Assembly: GCA_002269645.1 (NCBI GenBank)
Contig: NIVC01001343.1
Span: 186,001-250,000, forward strand
Direction: 5' to 3'
DNA length: 64,000 nucleotides
DNA from: Macrostomum lignano
Taxonomy: Eukaryota
Both the position numbers and the translations under genes were made by a program. This document shows, in pieces, positions 28,078 through 41,000 of the stretch. Position 1 is the first letter of the stretch; every line of letters starts with the position of its first letter. The notes below the pieces were generated by a model. It was not told where the DNA came from. It made no database searches and was given only the letters and a program-made list of their open reading frames with translations.

Positions 28078-29976
28078 ATGACAATGTTTAGGCTAAAAAA
28101 ATACAAACTACAGTCAAAATCAGGTAAAGAAACAGTTCGCCTAAACTAATTCAACTTAACACTAGGCCTGTCTATTACAATATTTGAACTAGGCCAAATG
28201 GAGATGCAGCTGCCTAACGTTCTTGAATTTTAGCAAACTATAATACGTTACACCGTACAGAGACAAAAAATCTATGAACAAGGCCAAACAGGAAGAAGTT
28301 TTCAATAACTAAACAAATGTAATAGATAAGCAAGCTGAAGCATGCCACTGTTTCAACTAATCTGCAGACAGGCCTTACACATTTTCTAGAAAATTCACAG
28401 AACATGCTCAGTTTAAAATTGTCCCTACTTCGTGTATTACTTGCGACTGACACATTTTAACTAATGCTGTGCAAGTAAGTACTTAGTACCTATTTAAACC
28501 TAATTATAAGCTAGCACGTAGACTGTAATAGCTTATCATTAATATTTGAATATTTTCATTCATTTTTATACAGTGAGACAGGCTGCCCATGCATGTACCC
28601 CGGTTGCACGTGTCATGCAGTACATGTAAGTGAGTGTACATTGCAAATAGGAAATAGCTACGAGATTAGTGGACCTAACATAAGCACTTGCTCAATAACA
28701 TATACTACGAAAGGGACTTCCGCTTAGGTTTGCTCGATCAGGGTCGATACTTCGAGAAGCATGAAAATTATGCATGTTACAATAACCCAGTGGAAAAGAC
28801 AACGTTGATCCAACGGTGTTTCAACGGAGGTATGTCACAAAAGCGTTGGGAACAAAAAAGTTTGTCTTTGTACCCAAAATGGCTCGTAAGCAATTAAAAA
28901 AGCTTTTATTTTGCTTACTGAGCCAATATTTCATTTTTTGAAGTGCGTTGTGAAACCGTTGTAAAACCGTTGTGATTGCTCTTCGTTGAATTGCCGTTGT
29001 TTCTCAACGGTAAACCAAATTTCCCAAAAAGACTGTGAGTAAAACTGAGGTCAGGGAATTGTGTAATAACTCTAGAACTAAGTTGGATTTGCTCTACACA
29101 GTACGTATTATGTAAAGTGTTTTCTTTTTGGCAACTACTGTGCAGTTTTTTTGTTAATAATTAGTAGACAAAATTGGTTTGATAAACTTATTTGTTGCAA
29201 AGCATCACGACGCACGTCTATTTTACATAGTACCAATATTGTTTTGCAATTTCTGTTTGGAGCAGGAGAATGTGGATTTTTGTCATACTTGTTATTTTGA
29301 TGGTCTGTTTAGCATATAGTTTCCTCCGATTTTCATGCTCACGTGTTTTATTTTGTGGATGGCTTGTATTGCAGATCCTTTGCAAACTTCACTTTTGAAT
29401 TAGCTGGCTAGCTATCTTTTTATGTCATTATGATTAACTCACATGCTATGCATGTTTCAAAATTGTTTTTTCTTTTTTTTAGTTGCATAAATGTACACAA
29501 CACACATGGCTTGGCAACAGTGGAAGTGCAATGCCTAATTGTTCTTTGCAATTTAACCCAGCAAGCATGACAGTATATAGCTTTACCTTTAACCCACTAT
29601 ATCTTTACTTTATTTAGGGCTTTTATGGGCTATAGCCTAGGAACATATCAATTATTAGCTACTATGTGTGTGTAGATCAATTCCTCAAATGCCAGGTAGA
29701 TGCTGTGTTTTCCTTGTTATATATTTGCTATATTTGTATAACTATTTTGTATTGTAGGCCATATTACTATAGCTATGTCATAGCTATATATATTAGCTAT
29801 AAATATTTATATGCTTTAGCTAGTGCCTGTGCAGTGCCAGGTATATATAGAAATAAAAGAATGTAATTGTTTATAATTATTCATGGTAAATATAGTATGA
29901 GTATAGTATAGTATTATTTGCCAATTACTATAAGATATTGTGATATAAATGATTTTACTTGTGAATTATTTTTCAG

Positions 29977-31898
29977 ATGTCCAAACGTAACTTTGCTAGA
30001 AAAGTGCTTCAGGGTTGTTTAGAGGAAATTGAAGTAGAGCAGCTTCAAAAAGCATTTGAACCCATTAACCAAGATCAAGCCCAAGGCAATAATCATCAAC
30101 AAGATGAAGAATTCATTCAAGCTGAAGAATACGACACTGACTTTCTTGGCAACAATCAGGGCAATCCAATGGATAATAGTGAATCAGATGAAGACCTTGT
30201 AGAAGAGGATCAAGATATACCTGAAGTTGAAGATGCTACGCCAGAGCTAACAATTGAGCAAGAACTGCTTCTATTTTATATACTTTTTAATGTGTCACGC
30301 TCTGCTATGGCTTGGATCCTTGCCTTTTTAAATTGCAAGGGTATTTCAGTTCCAAAGTCTGTATATGGCTTGAAAAAGCATTCTGCTAATTCTTCTTATT
30401 ATTCTATTATTGCTACTGAAGGAGACTTTTTCTATGTATAAATGGCCAAAAATTTGGAATTTTGTGTTAGCAATAATTATTTTGACTTTTCAAAATGCAT
30501 TACTGATTCTGAAACTGGGCACATAAAAGTAAATTCCATTTTCAATATAGATGGAATGCCCTTGTATAATAGTTCTTCCATGTCAGCTTGGCCAATTTTA
30601 ATGAAAGTATCAGGCTATTTGCGTCCATTGCCCATTGCTATTTTTGTTGGTAAAAGTAAACCATCATTGAATATTTTGTTATCACGCTTCTGTGAAGAGC
30701 TAAACATTTTTTTTAGTAATGGTATTCCAGTTCTTGGCCACCATTTTAAGTTAGTCCGTGCTCTTTTTGTTTGTGATGCCCCTGCTCATGCTCATATCTG
30801 CTCTATTATGAACCATAACTCTCGCATGGGATGTAGTTATTGTCAAGCTGAAGGTAGACATTTTGCTAATCGTATTGTTTTTTCATCTTCTATTGGTACT
30901 TTGCGAACTGATACTGATCAGTGCTATGCTGATTCTAAAGAAAATAACCAGAAGGTAGGGCATTCAACACCTTTGCTGAGTATTAAAAATATTGGTTTTT
31001 ATTCTCATTTTCCACCTGACTATCAACATGCTGTATGTTTAGGTGTTTGTAGAAAAGTTTTTAATTTTCTTTTTTCATCTAAGTTTGGTTCATCTTGTAA
31101 GATTTCAGCACTAAAGTTAAAAGAGCTGTCTGATTTTATTGATAGCTATGCCAAGTTCACTCCTGCTGAGTTTCAGCGGAGGCCTCCCGTATTGATACAA
31201 ATTTAGCTCACTTTAAAGCAACTGAGTTTCGACTCTTTTTGCTATATTTGGGGCCTTTTTTCTTCAGAAAGTTTTTACCACAAAAATACTATGACCACTT
31301 TCTTCACTTGCACTTTTCTATCTATGTTTTTTGCTCTGATGTCCACCAGACTCTCTTACCAAATGCTCATCGTTGTATTGAGATTTTTGTTAAGGAAATG
31401 GAGTCATTGTATGGTGAAGCATCAATTTCTTATAACCCTCACACTTTGCTCCATCTTTATGAATTTGTTTGTCTATATGGAAAACTTGACAATTTTTCTG
31501 CATTTGACTTCGAAAACTATTTGGGGCATGTTAAAAGACGAATTTCAGTTACCCGCTTTGCTTCTAAGCATATTTTGCACCAGTTTTTTAATGTCCGTGC
31601 TACTCTTACAAGTGATCCAGCTAGTATTGTGTTTTTTTCTAAGAAGTCTCCAAATAATTGTGCAGTTGTAAATGGAGTTCCAATACTCATTAGTACAGTA
31701 GTAGGAAATGTCCTAACTGGTCATGTGTTAAAGTTTTCGCATCCTTTGTATACAAGTCCATATTCATCAGAAATTCTGAATATTGGATTTTACCATGTGA
31801 CACGTAATGTTGTTACTGGTAATGCAAGCAGAAAGTGCTTCTTGTTGCCATCATCTGGAGGTGAATATATAGTAATTCCCTATTGTTGCGCTATTTGA
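29977..31898 (+). pseudogene. EnSpm/CACTA-type transposase, disrupted
   Basis: Motifs FNIDGMPL, FVCDAPAHA, GCSYC, DYQHAVCLG, HFKATEFRLFLLYLGP, YNPHTLLHL and SAFDFENYLG. There is an in-frame TAA at 30439-30441 and a frameshift at about 31185-31205. Confidence 0.85.
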
Positions 31899-32204
31899 TT
31901 ATGATTATACTATTGTCTTCTGGTACTAAGTCAGTCTTGGTCAATATAGCAATTTCTTTTTTCATGCAACTGTCATCCTAGGGTGTGCAAGTGTACATTT
32001 TTCATTATTTGTAGCATTAAATGTCTCCTTGTGTGTTCAGCTTGTTTATAAATATAAACACAAATATACATATAATATGAATAACAATTTTTTTATTTTG
32101 GTTTCAGACAATATGAATTTCTTTATTTGATGTCACAAACATGTCATGTATATATTTCCAACATATTCCCATTATTAAGAGTATTTCTATTTCTCATTTC
32201 AGCC

Positions 32205-33773
32205 ATGAAGTTTATCGTGATCTTTCACGTTGACAAAGAAATAGTCGAATTGAGCGAGACTGAAGTCCTCTTAGAAAACTTCCAAAAATTCACTCTGGAC
32301 AACTGGCGAAACTTTGTTGGCGAGCCTATTGCAAGGGCATACTACAATGAGCAAGTATGGGACTGCACAATTCTTCAGGTAACTGCACGCTTTATTCCCT
32401 GAATGTTCCCATAATCATACTTGTATATGGGGGTCGTTTGGTATTTTTGATTTTCACTAAGTAATTTTGCATTTGCGCTAGGTTCTCCCTGACGACGATT
32501 ATGACGCCACTGGGACGGTAAATTGGCTTCGGGCGTTCAGGCGCGAGAAGCACTGCAAAATCCAAACTCTTTTGGGACTGGTCAAACGAGTACCCGATGG
32601 CAGGAGGCAAAGATTCCTTCCTTTGGAGGTTAGCTACAAACCGTTTTTGTTGCTATAAGTGTGTATTAAAACTTCGAAAGATGTTAACCATTTGTAACCA
32701 TTAGTCATTATTATTCAATCGATCTCACGAACTACGTTACTATAAGTAGCGCGCAATCATTCTCAGAATCTGCAGACCGAGTCCGAGTCTGACTGCCAAC
32801 GATCGCCCTCAAGCTTCTCACGGTCGGTTAGACTACCCCAAGCTGAGGATTCCGCCAGGGCAGTTCAACAAAGCCCAAGCTCGCTGCCGCTGTTGCCTTT
32901 GCCGGAGACAAGAAACCCATCGGCTCAGCTAGCGGTTGAAACAGCTCCACCGGAAACGCCCAAATCACTGCCCCACCATGGACAGAACGACAGGTGCAGG
33001 TCACAGCAGAGTGCGGCTGAGTTGCTCAGCCCTTCGGATCAGCCAGGAGCCTTGCGTTTCAATGCAGCTGCAGCTGACGTCGCGTCATTGAACTTCGGTA
33101 CCGGGGGGCTTGACTTGCTGAAGGCTAGAATGGAGGCTAAGCTTGGAGTCTCTCTGACATCGCCTCTCGGACTGTGCTACCTGGGGCTCCATACCCTTCG
33201 TCGGACATCAGCTTGCATGACAACAATCTCAGAATTGAAGCAGTGCATGTCGCGTGCCGCTGCTGCTGCTGCTACTACATTTGGTCCAGTTGATGCAGAT
33301 GCAGAATGGAAGCCGATTGCGACCTGGCCTGACTACATTGACTTCATCAAAAATCCACCGGCTCTCGAATGGGTATGTACATCCAATAGTTTAGTGTTTG
33401 TTTTTGCAAAGTCTATTATTTCAAAAAGCCTCCGACAGCATGCTTTCACGATAGTTGGAAAATATAATTGTCTCTGACATATTCCACATTTTATTTCATA
33501 TTAATATTCCATATTTCTTCGTGACTGTCCATCTACATGTATGATAAAATTATTGGCACCCTTGCAGATGACACGGCTGCTGCTGCCCTGCAAGGCTGAC
33601 GACCTTGGCAGCACCATTCGCCGAATGGTGAGGCGAATTCTGTCACCAGAGATGCTGGCCGCTGTCAATTATAACGGAAAGGGTCTTGGTGCTCTCTCTG
33701 GCTCTGAGCTTGGGGACACCGAACTTGCCTTTCGATCGGTGTTCTTGCCCAGTATTCTATGTAAGTTCAATGC

Positions 33774-33811
<38 letters not shown>

Positions 33812-34214
33812 ATATCACATTAAATTCAATGATCGAAATTAATTACTGAGTATACTGATTCTTAATTCATTTGATTTACGTATTGATAGGTTTTAAAATC
33901 AGACGGCCTATTAGTTTTAGATCAGTTATGTTTAATAATTGTATTTTTGTGACATACTTTTAGGGACGATGAAGGCAATGTACCGCGATGCTGCTGAGCG
34001 TCCAAAAGACCGCGATGTAGAGCTTGCAGTCATTGCTGCGCTGAAGCTGGGCAAGGACGGGCGAAGTCGTGGACGTCAAGGTCCGACGGAGTCAGGCAGC
34101 CAGGCGTCGGCAGCCAGAGTTGGCACATCGCAAGACCCTCCGCCTGCCAAGGTTCGACGTTCCGTTCAGAAGGTCCCTGACCCTATCATTTACGACGCTG
34201 ACAGTGATGAGTGA
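32205..34214 (+). CDS. Transposon accessory protein, 5 exons, 456 aa, with a possible BEN/DUF4806-like C-terminal domain
   Basis: Exons 32205-32378, 32482-32628, 32767-33372, 33568-33760 and 33964-34214 are all GT-AG, phase-compatible and total 1371 nt with no stops. The domain call is inferred from TIRRMVRRILSPEMLAAVNYNGKG..AVIAALKLGKDGR. Confidence 0.7.
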
Positions 34215-35207
34215 CTGGTTTGGAGTCATAACCTGTGAGCAGTACAATTTGAGATAATCAGCAGGCTAGAATGGGATATTGATCGTATGTTGTGTCAATT
34301 TAGCTACTTAGCTTATGTGCAGTACAATCATTGGACACAGTCAGTTAGTTATTATTCAAAAATAAAGAAATGATTTATAAAAAACGTTGTTGAAGCCATC
34401 ATATCATCCTATAAACAAGTAATTTAGTTTGCAATAATTGCCAATGATTACACTTATACCTAACCCTGAGACTTTAAACGCGTATGCATGCGAGAAATTT
34501 TTTTGCTTTGCTGTAATTTCATTTGACAAATATATAGATCTTTGCCAAATGTCTCAACTTTAAAATGTAACGTTTTTGGACACATGAGTGACATGACACA
34601 TTTGATTGCGAAAATTGGCTTTTTTCATACTTTATTTCACGTGGATCAGCACCTCTAACAATATTTTGACCGTTGGAATAGCGTTGATTCGCAGTTGGAC
34701 TGCCGTTGGTAAACCGCCGTTGTATCAACGGATTTTCCTCCAGACACGCCCAACGGAGGGCCAACGGAGGGCAACAACGTTGAATCAACGTTGGTTTTTC
34801 CGCTGGGAAATATGTGCATGTATAAGCCAGCGCATGAATTATCCCGTCAATCACCCATCCGAAATTAAATAACATGTACTGCAATGCATTCCCATCATCT
34901 CGTACAATACATTATAAATTGTGTTTTACATTTATGTTTAAATAAGGAAAATTAATCGGTGGTGAGTTATTTATTGGTAAATGCGCGAACACCACACAAC
35001 AATTAGTAGGACAACTGTGACTCTTGAATTGTTACCTTAATCCAAAACAACGTGTCCTAGCTTAATGGTACCACAACAGGGTGAATGAATTAAACATTCC
35101 ATTTAAAAGCTGTACATAAACATGTAAATGCACTTGTAAATGTAAAAGCAAGGGTCATACACGTTTAGTTAAATGGAGGGTACGACGGAATTTAGACAGG
35201 CAGATGC

Positions 35208-35209
<2 letters not shown>

Positions 35210-35272
<63 letters not shown>

Positions 35273-35291
35273 GGCAGACAGACAGACAGAC

Positions 35292-35348
<57 letters not shown>

Positions 35349-35351
35349 GGC

Positions 35352-35388
<37 letters not shown>

Positions 35389-35391
35389 GGC

Positions 35392-35423
<32 letters not shown>

Positions 35424-35491
35424 TACCAGACAGACAGACAGACAGGCAGACAGACAGACAGACAGACAGACAGACAGGCAGACAGACAGGC

Positions 35492-35560
<69 letters not shown>

Positions 35561-35575
35561 GGCAGGCAGACAGGC

Positions 35576-35616
<41 letters not shown>

Positions 35617-35680
35617 GGCAGGCAGACAGGCAGACAGACAGGCAGACAGACAGACAGACAGACAGACAGGCAAACAGGCA
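35210..35680. repeat. (AGAC)n microsatellite
   Basis: Tetranucleotide run. Confidence 0.95.
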
Positions 35681-36344
35681 GGCAGAAACACTGGCCCAAA
35701 TGAGAGTGATACGAGCTAAGGTTGAAGGAGGACGGACAAAAAGAGCAGCAAATACAGAGCATTGGAGATGGATGCCTGAGCAGTCTCAACCCACCCCACC
35801 CCCACTGAGCCGATTAGCACCAAAACAATCGCCAGAGGGTGAAACCAAGTCTTGGAAGCAGAGCAACATTAATGACTGGATGACACAAAGCACCATGGGA
35901 GTGCAGGTGCACTATTTACTGACAGCACGTATTGTTAAAGTAAATCGAAGTTGAACTCAAATTTAGCCACGATTAGCACCTTTTATAAAGTATGGCAGAT
36001 GATCAGAGAACTTCGCAAAAAATGAAATGACCAGCCATTTAGAAGTGATAATTACTCAAACTCGGCATTTCTAGGCTTGATCAAATTGTGTTTAGCTATT
36101 ATCAATTTATAATTGATGAAGAAATATGGTCACGTCAGTGGGTCAGGACTCAGCCCCGCATCTCTTGCCTCGCCATAGGTGGTCCCTGTACGAGGCACCT
36201 GTGGTAACTAAGAAAGTTAGCAAAAAATGCCGCGATACTCAAATATCAGGGTTTTCTAAAGTTATTCAAAGAAGTTGAATTTTGTCGACTGTCTATTTTT
36301 TCTTGTTGGAATTATTGTAAGAAATAAAATTGTTTCATTGAGAG

Positions 36345-36980
36345 GGAGAGCGGGGGAGGGAGACAGGAAATGGGAGCGGGGAGAGGAAGAGTAAGATGGA
36401 GAGTGCAGGTAGAGGGGAGGGAGAGCGGGAGAGGGAGAGCGGGAGAGGGAGAGAGGAAGATACAGAGGAGAGGGAGAGAAGAAGAGAAAGAGAGGAAGAG
36501 GAAGAGAGGAATAGGGAGAGAAGGAGAGAGAGACAGGGAGAGGGAGACAGGGAGAGGGAGAGCGGGAGAAGGAGAGCGGGAGAGGGAGAGCGGGAGAAGG
36601 AGAGCGGGAGAAGGAGAGCGGGAGAGGGAGAGCGGGAGAAGGAGAGCGGGAGAGGGAGAGCGGGAGAGGGAGAGCGGGAGAAGGAGAGCGGGAGAGGGAG
36701 AGCGGGAGAGGGAGAGCGGGAGAAGGAGAGCGGGAGAAGGAGAGCGGGAGAGGGAGAGCAGGAGAGGGAGAATGGGAGAGGGAGAGCGGGAGAAGGAGAG
36801 CGGGAGAGGGAGAGCGGGAGAGGGAGAGCGGAAGAGGGAGAGCGGGAGAGGGAGAGCGGGAGAAGGAGAGCGGGAGAGGGAGAGCGGGAGAAGGAGAGCG
36901 GGAGAAGGAGAGCGAGAGAGGGAGAGCGGGAGATGGAGAGCGGGAGAGGGAGAGCGGGAGAAGGAGAGCGGGAGAGGGAT
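36345..36980. repeat. 14-bp purine-rich minisatellite
   Basis: GGGAGAGGGAGAGC / GGGAGAAGGAGAGC in tandem. Confidence 0.93.
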
Positions 36981-38034
36981 GTGTTTTCATTTCAACAGAG
37001 CATTCATTACTACAGTATTAACTGGTCAACTGTGCTTTATACGTTGTCAGCTCTTCATCAGTCTTGGAAAAGCTGCAAACAGCTTCGTAGATTCTTCAGC
37101 ACTTTCAGTTCGTATCATTGCCTTGATTTCTTTAAGTACATGTGCATTCGAATCCAAACCATTAGTCAGTACGGTGTGCAGCACTCTTTTTTCTGTACAT
37201 TTGGCTATCAAAATTGAATTTCTAGCAAAACAGTTTCCAAATACTATAAATCAAAGTAATGTTCTCAAAGTTTTCTTTCAAATTTACATGTATATTTTAC
37301 TCCTGAACTGTAGGGCAATCATTATTAAGAATTCACACCAATGTTATCTGATAGAGAGTTGGTAGAGATTCACGGGCCTGACAGCGTCGGAGATCAGGAC
37401 CTCTCCTAAGTAAATGGGGGGGGGGGCATTCACAGATGAAATTCTCAAATCCAGAGTGGCAGAATGGGCCATGCCCTTGCAAAACAGCCATGACCCGAGA
37501 GGGCCATGATCACCGCCCTGATGTCCCTAGGGTTGAGTCCAAGCAGAGCCCTACGAAAGGCAGAGGAAGGAGGAGGGGACAACCGCGCGGGATTGCCGGC
37601 AGTAGGGGACGTTAGCCCATGAACTCTCCCAGTGCTTTGAAGCCACCCACTGGTTGAAAATTCAGTTCGATGAAAAGCAGCAAGTTTGGACTTGAGATGT
37701 ACGTGGAGAAATCAAATTATGACGATAAACTGAAAGTGCTGAGATACGAGAGTTGGACGAGAGCAAAACCTCATAAAGCGATGACGTAATAATTAACTTT
37801 TTTATTAGATTCTCAAATGTACATTCATTGGACGGCAGTTCCCCCAACCCCCCCCCCCTACTCATTGATTCGTTTGGGGGTTTGAGTTAAAAAATACAAG
37901 CGTATGTAATAGGGAGGGCAGACTGTCAGTCAGCGATTGATGAATCAAGTCGTATATAAATATTAAGTGCCGACAGAACTAGCAATACCACTTTGATAAG
38001 GAAACCAGTGCTGCTGCATAAGACACAGCAAAAC

Positions 38035-41000
38035 ATGAAAAAGACCAACACGACTGTTAAAGGCAGCTGCGCTAGCGACCCAGCGGCTGCTGCGGAACTG
38101 ACAACGGCAGCTGAAGTGACACCATTGGTGAAGTCGACATCAAGGACTCAGGTGCAGCAGGGATTTCAGCCGCGTTACCTAGCTAATGTGGCACCGTCTG
38201 GTGAACAGGTATGTCTGTTTATTTTAATTTAACTCCCTACCAGTTGCGCACTCAGGAATTTTAGTTGGTGGGCGCCCCTGTCTTTTGATGAGCGCCCCTG
38301 TCTCTTGAAGGGCGCCCCTGTCTCTTGGTGAGCGCCCCTGTCTCTTGGCGAGCGCCCCTGTCTCTTGAAGGGCGCCCCTGTCTCTTGAAGGGTGCCCCTG
38401 TCTCTTGAAGGGCGCCCCTGTCTCTTGGTGAGCGCCCCTGTCTCTTGGCGAGCGCCCCTGTCTCTTGAAGGGCGCCCCTGTCTTTCGGTGAGCGCCCCTG
38501 TCTCTAAGTGAGCGCCCCTGTCTCTAAGTTAGCGCCCCTGTCTCTTGGCGAGCGCCCCTGTCTCTTGAAGGGCGCCCCTGTCTCTTGGTGAGCGCCCCTG
38601 TCTCTTGGTGAGCGCCCCTGTCTCTTGGTGAGCGCCCCTGTCTCTTGGCGAGCGCCCCTGTCTCTTGGTGAGCGCCCCTGTCTTTTGATGAGCGCCCCTG
38701 TCTCTTGAAGGGCGCCCCTGTCTCTTGAAGGGCGCCCCTGTCTCTTGGTGAGCGCCCCTGTCTCTTGAAGGGCGCCCCTGTCTTTTGGTGAGCGCCCCTG
38801 TCTCTTGGTGAGCGCCCCTGTCTCTTGGTGAGCGCCCCTGTCTCTTGGTGAGCGCCCCTGTCTCTTGGTGAGCGCCCCTGTCTCTTGGTGAGCGCCCCTG
38901 TCTCTTGGCGAGCGCCCCTGTCTCTTGGTGAGCGCCCCTGTCTTTTGATGAGCGCCCCTGTCTCTTGAAGGGCGCCCCTGTCTCTTGAAGGGCGCCCCTG
39001 TCTCTTGGTGAGCGCCCCTGTCTTTTGATGAGCGCCCCTGTCTCTTGAAGGGCGCCCCTGTCTCTTGAAGGGCGCCCCTGTCTCTTGGTGAGCGCCCCTG
39101 TCTCTTGAAGGGCGCCCCTGTCTTCTGTCTTACAGGTGACGCGCATATCTAACAGTAGATTCTTATTTGCACCGTTATGATCCCTCATCATTAGACCCAT
39201 AAGGGAATTAATTACAATCAAAGTTGCGCCTTGGTTAAAATTTTCAGGTTGAGATCAGTCTCAGCAACTCGTCCACGTGGCGCAAGTTCAGCCGTCAGAA
39301 CACGGAGATGATTGTCACCAAAGTCGGCAGGCGAATGTTTCCAACTTTGAGTCTGGATATTCAAGGCCTCGATCCAGCTAAGAAGTACGAAGTGTACGTC
39401 ACGCTAATGCTGGCCGATCGGCATACTCTGAAGTACCAGAGAGGCGTGTGGCTGCCCAATGGTCAGGGAGAGGTGTACCCGCCACCTGGCTGCACAGGTA
39501 ATGTTTTGTAAACACAAATATTGATTTTCATAAATAGTGACTTGTCTTAAAGCTTTATTGCAAGTTTGTTGCCGTGTCTGCCTGATAGATTTGATAGTAT
39601 GGTGTTACCTGTTAGACAGGAGTGTCACCTGTTAGACAGGAGTGTCACCTGTTAGACAGGAGTGTCACCTGTTAGACATGAGTGTCACCTGTTAGCCAGT
39701 AGTATCACCTGTTAGACAGGAGTGTCACCTGTTAGACAGTAGTATCACCTGTTAGACAGGAGTATCACCTGTTAGACAGGAGTGTCACCTGTTGGACAGG
39801 AGTGTCACCTGTTAGCCAGGAGTGTCACCTGTTAACCAGGAGTGTCACCTGTTAGACAGGAGTGTCACCTGTTAGACAGGAGTGTCACCTGTTAGACAGG
39901 AGTGTCACCTGTTAGACAGGAGTGTCACCTGTTAGACATGAGTGTCACCTGTTAGCCAGGAGTGTCACCTGTTAGACAGGAGTGTCACCTGTTAGACAGG
40001 AGTGTCACCTGTTAGACAGGAGTGTCACCTGTTAGACAGGAGTGTCACCTGTTAGACAGGAGTGTCACTTATTAGACAGGAGTATCACCTGTTAGCCAGG
40101 AGTGTCTCCTGTTAGCCAGTCTCACTGTCAGCCCCGCCACCCCACCAGTCGGCCTGGCCTATGTGCACCCGGACTCGCCGGCCCCCGGCAAGCACTGGAC
40201 CCGGCAGGAGGTGGCCTTCATGCGGCTGAAGCTCACCAACAAGCTGGACTGCTTCGCCAGCGAACCGGCTCGCAACGGCACCATGATATTCGCGTACAGC
40301 ATGCACAAGTACCTGCCTGTGGTGCACATCCGGGAGCTGGCCAAAAATGATGGTGAGGGATAATAATGTATCACTGAGATTAAAATTTGTAGAGATGCAC
40401 CCTCTGGTGGGGGATTCAAATGAAATTTTTGAGAGTGAGATTTTGGATAATGAGATTTTGGATGAGATGTAAGATGAGATGTAAGATGAGATGTAGGATG
40501 AGGTGTAGGATGAGGTGTAGGATGAGATGTAGAATGAAATGTAGGATGAGATGTAGGATGAGATGTAGGATGATGTGTAGGATGAGATGTAGGATGAGAT
40601 GTAGAATGAGATGTAGAATGAGATGTAGGATGAGATGTAGAATGAGATGTACGATGAGATGTAGGATGAGATGTAGGATGAGATGCGGAATGAAATGTAG
40701 GATGAGATGTAGGATGAGATGTAGGATGAGACCTAGGAAGAGATGTAGGATGAGGTGTAGGATGAAATGTAGGATGAAATGTAGGATGAGGTGTAGGATG
40801 AGATGCAGGGTGAGATAAAAAGAGGTAGAATGAGATGTAGGATGAAATGTAGGATGAGATGTAGGATGAGACCTAGGAAGAGATGTAGGATGAGGTGTAG
40901 GATAAGATGTAGGATGAGATGTAGAATGAAATGTAGGATGAGATGCAGGATGAGATAAAAAGAGGTAGAATGAGATGTAGGGTGAGGTGTAGGGTGAGGT

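Larger units (their letters stand above)
28786..34807 (+). mobile_element. CACTA/EnSpm (CMC)-type DNA transposon, 6022 bp
   Basis: The left end CCCAGTGGAAAAGACAACGTTGATCCAACGGTGTT and the reverse complement of the right end CCCAGCGGAAAAACCAACGTTGATTCAACGTTGTT match at 30 of 35 positions. AA flanks both ends (2-bp TSD). CAACG/CGTTG subterminal repeats are present at both ends, and the element contains a transposase. Confidence 0.88.

Noticed and set aside
29556-29570. Internal CCCAGCAAGCA resembling a nested EnSpm terminus
   Set aside because: I found no matching inverted partner.
35700-35954. Possible RTE-LINE 3' fragment (RAKVEGGR..)
   Set aside because: The resemblance is limited to a few residues and there are no RT motifs.
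40116-40148. Alternative upstream acceptors for T-box exon 3
   Set aside because: 40132 is out of phase. 40116 is in phase but lies within the repeat. 40149 has a better branch point and pyrimidine tract.
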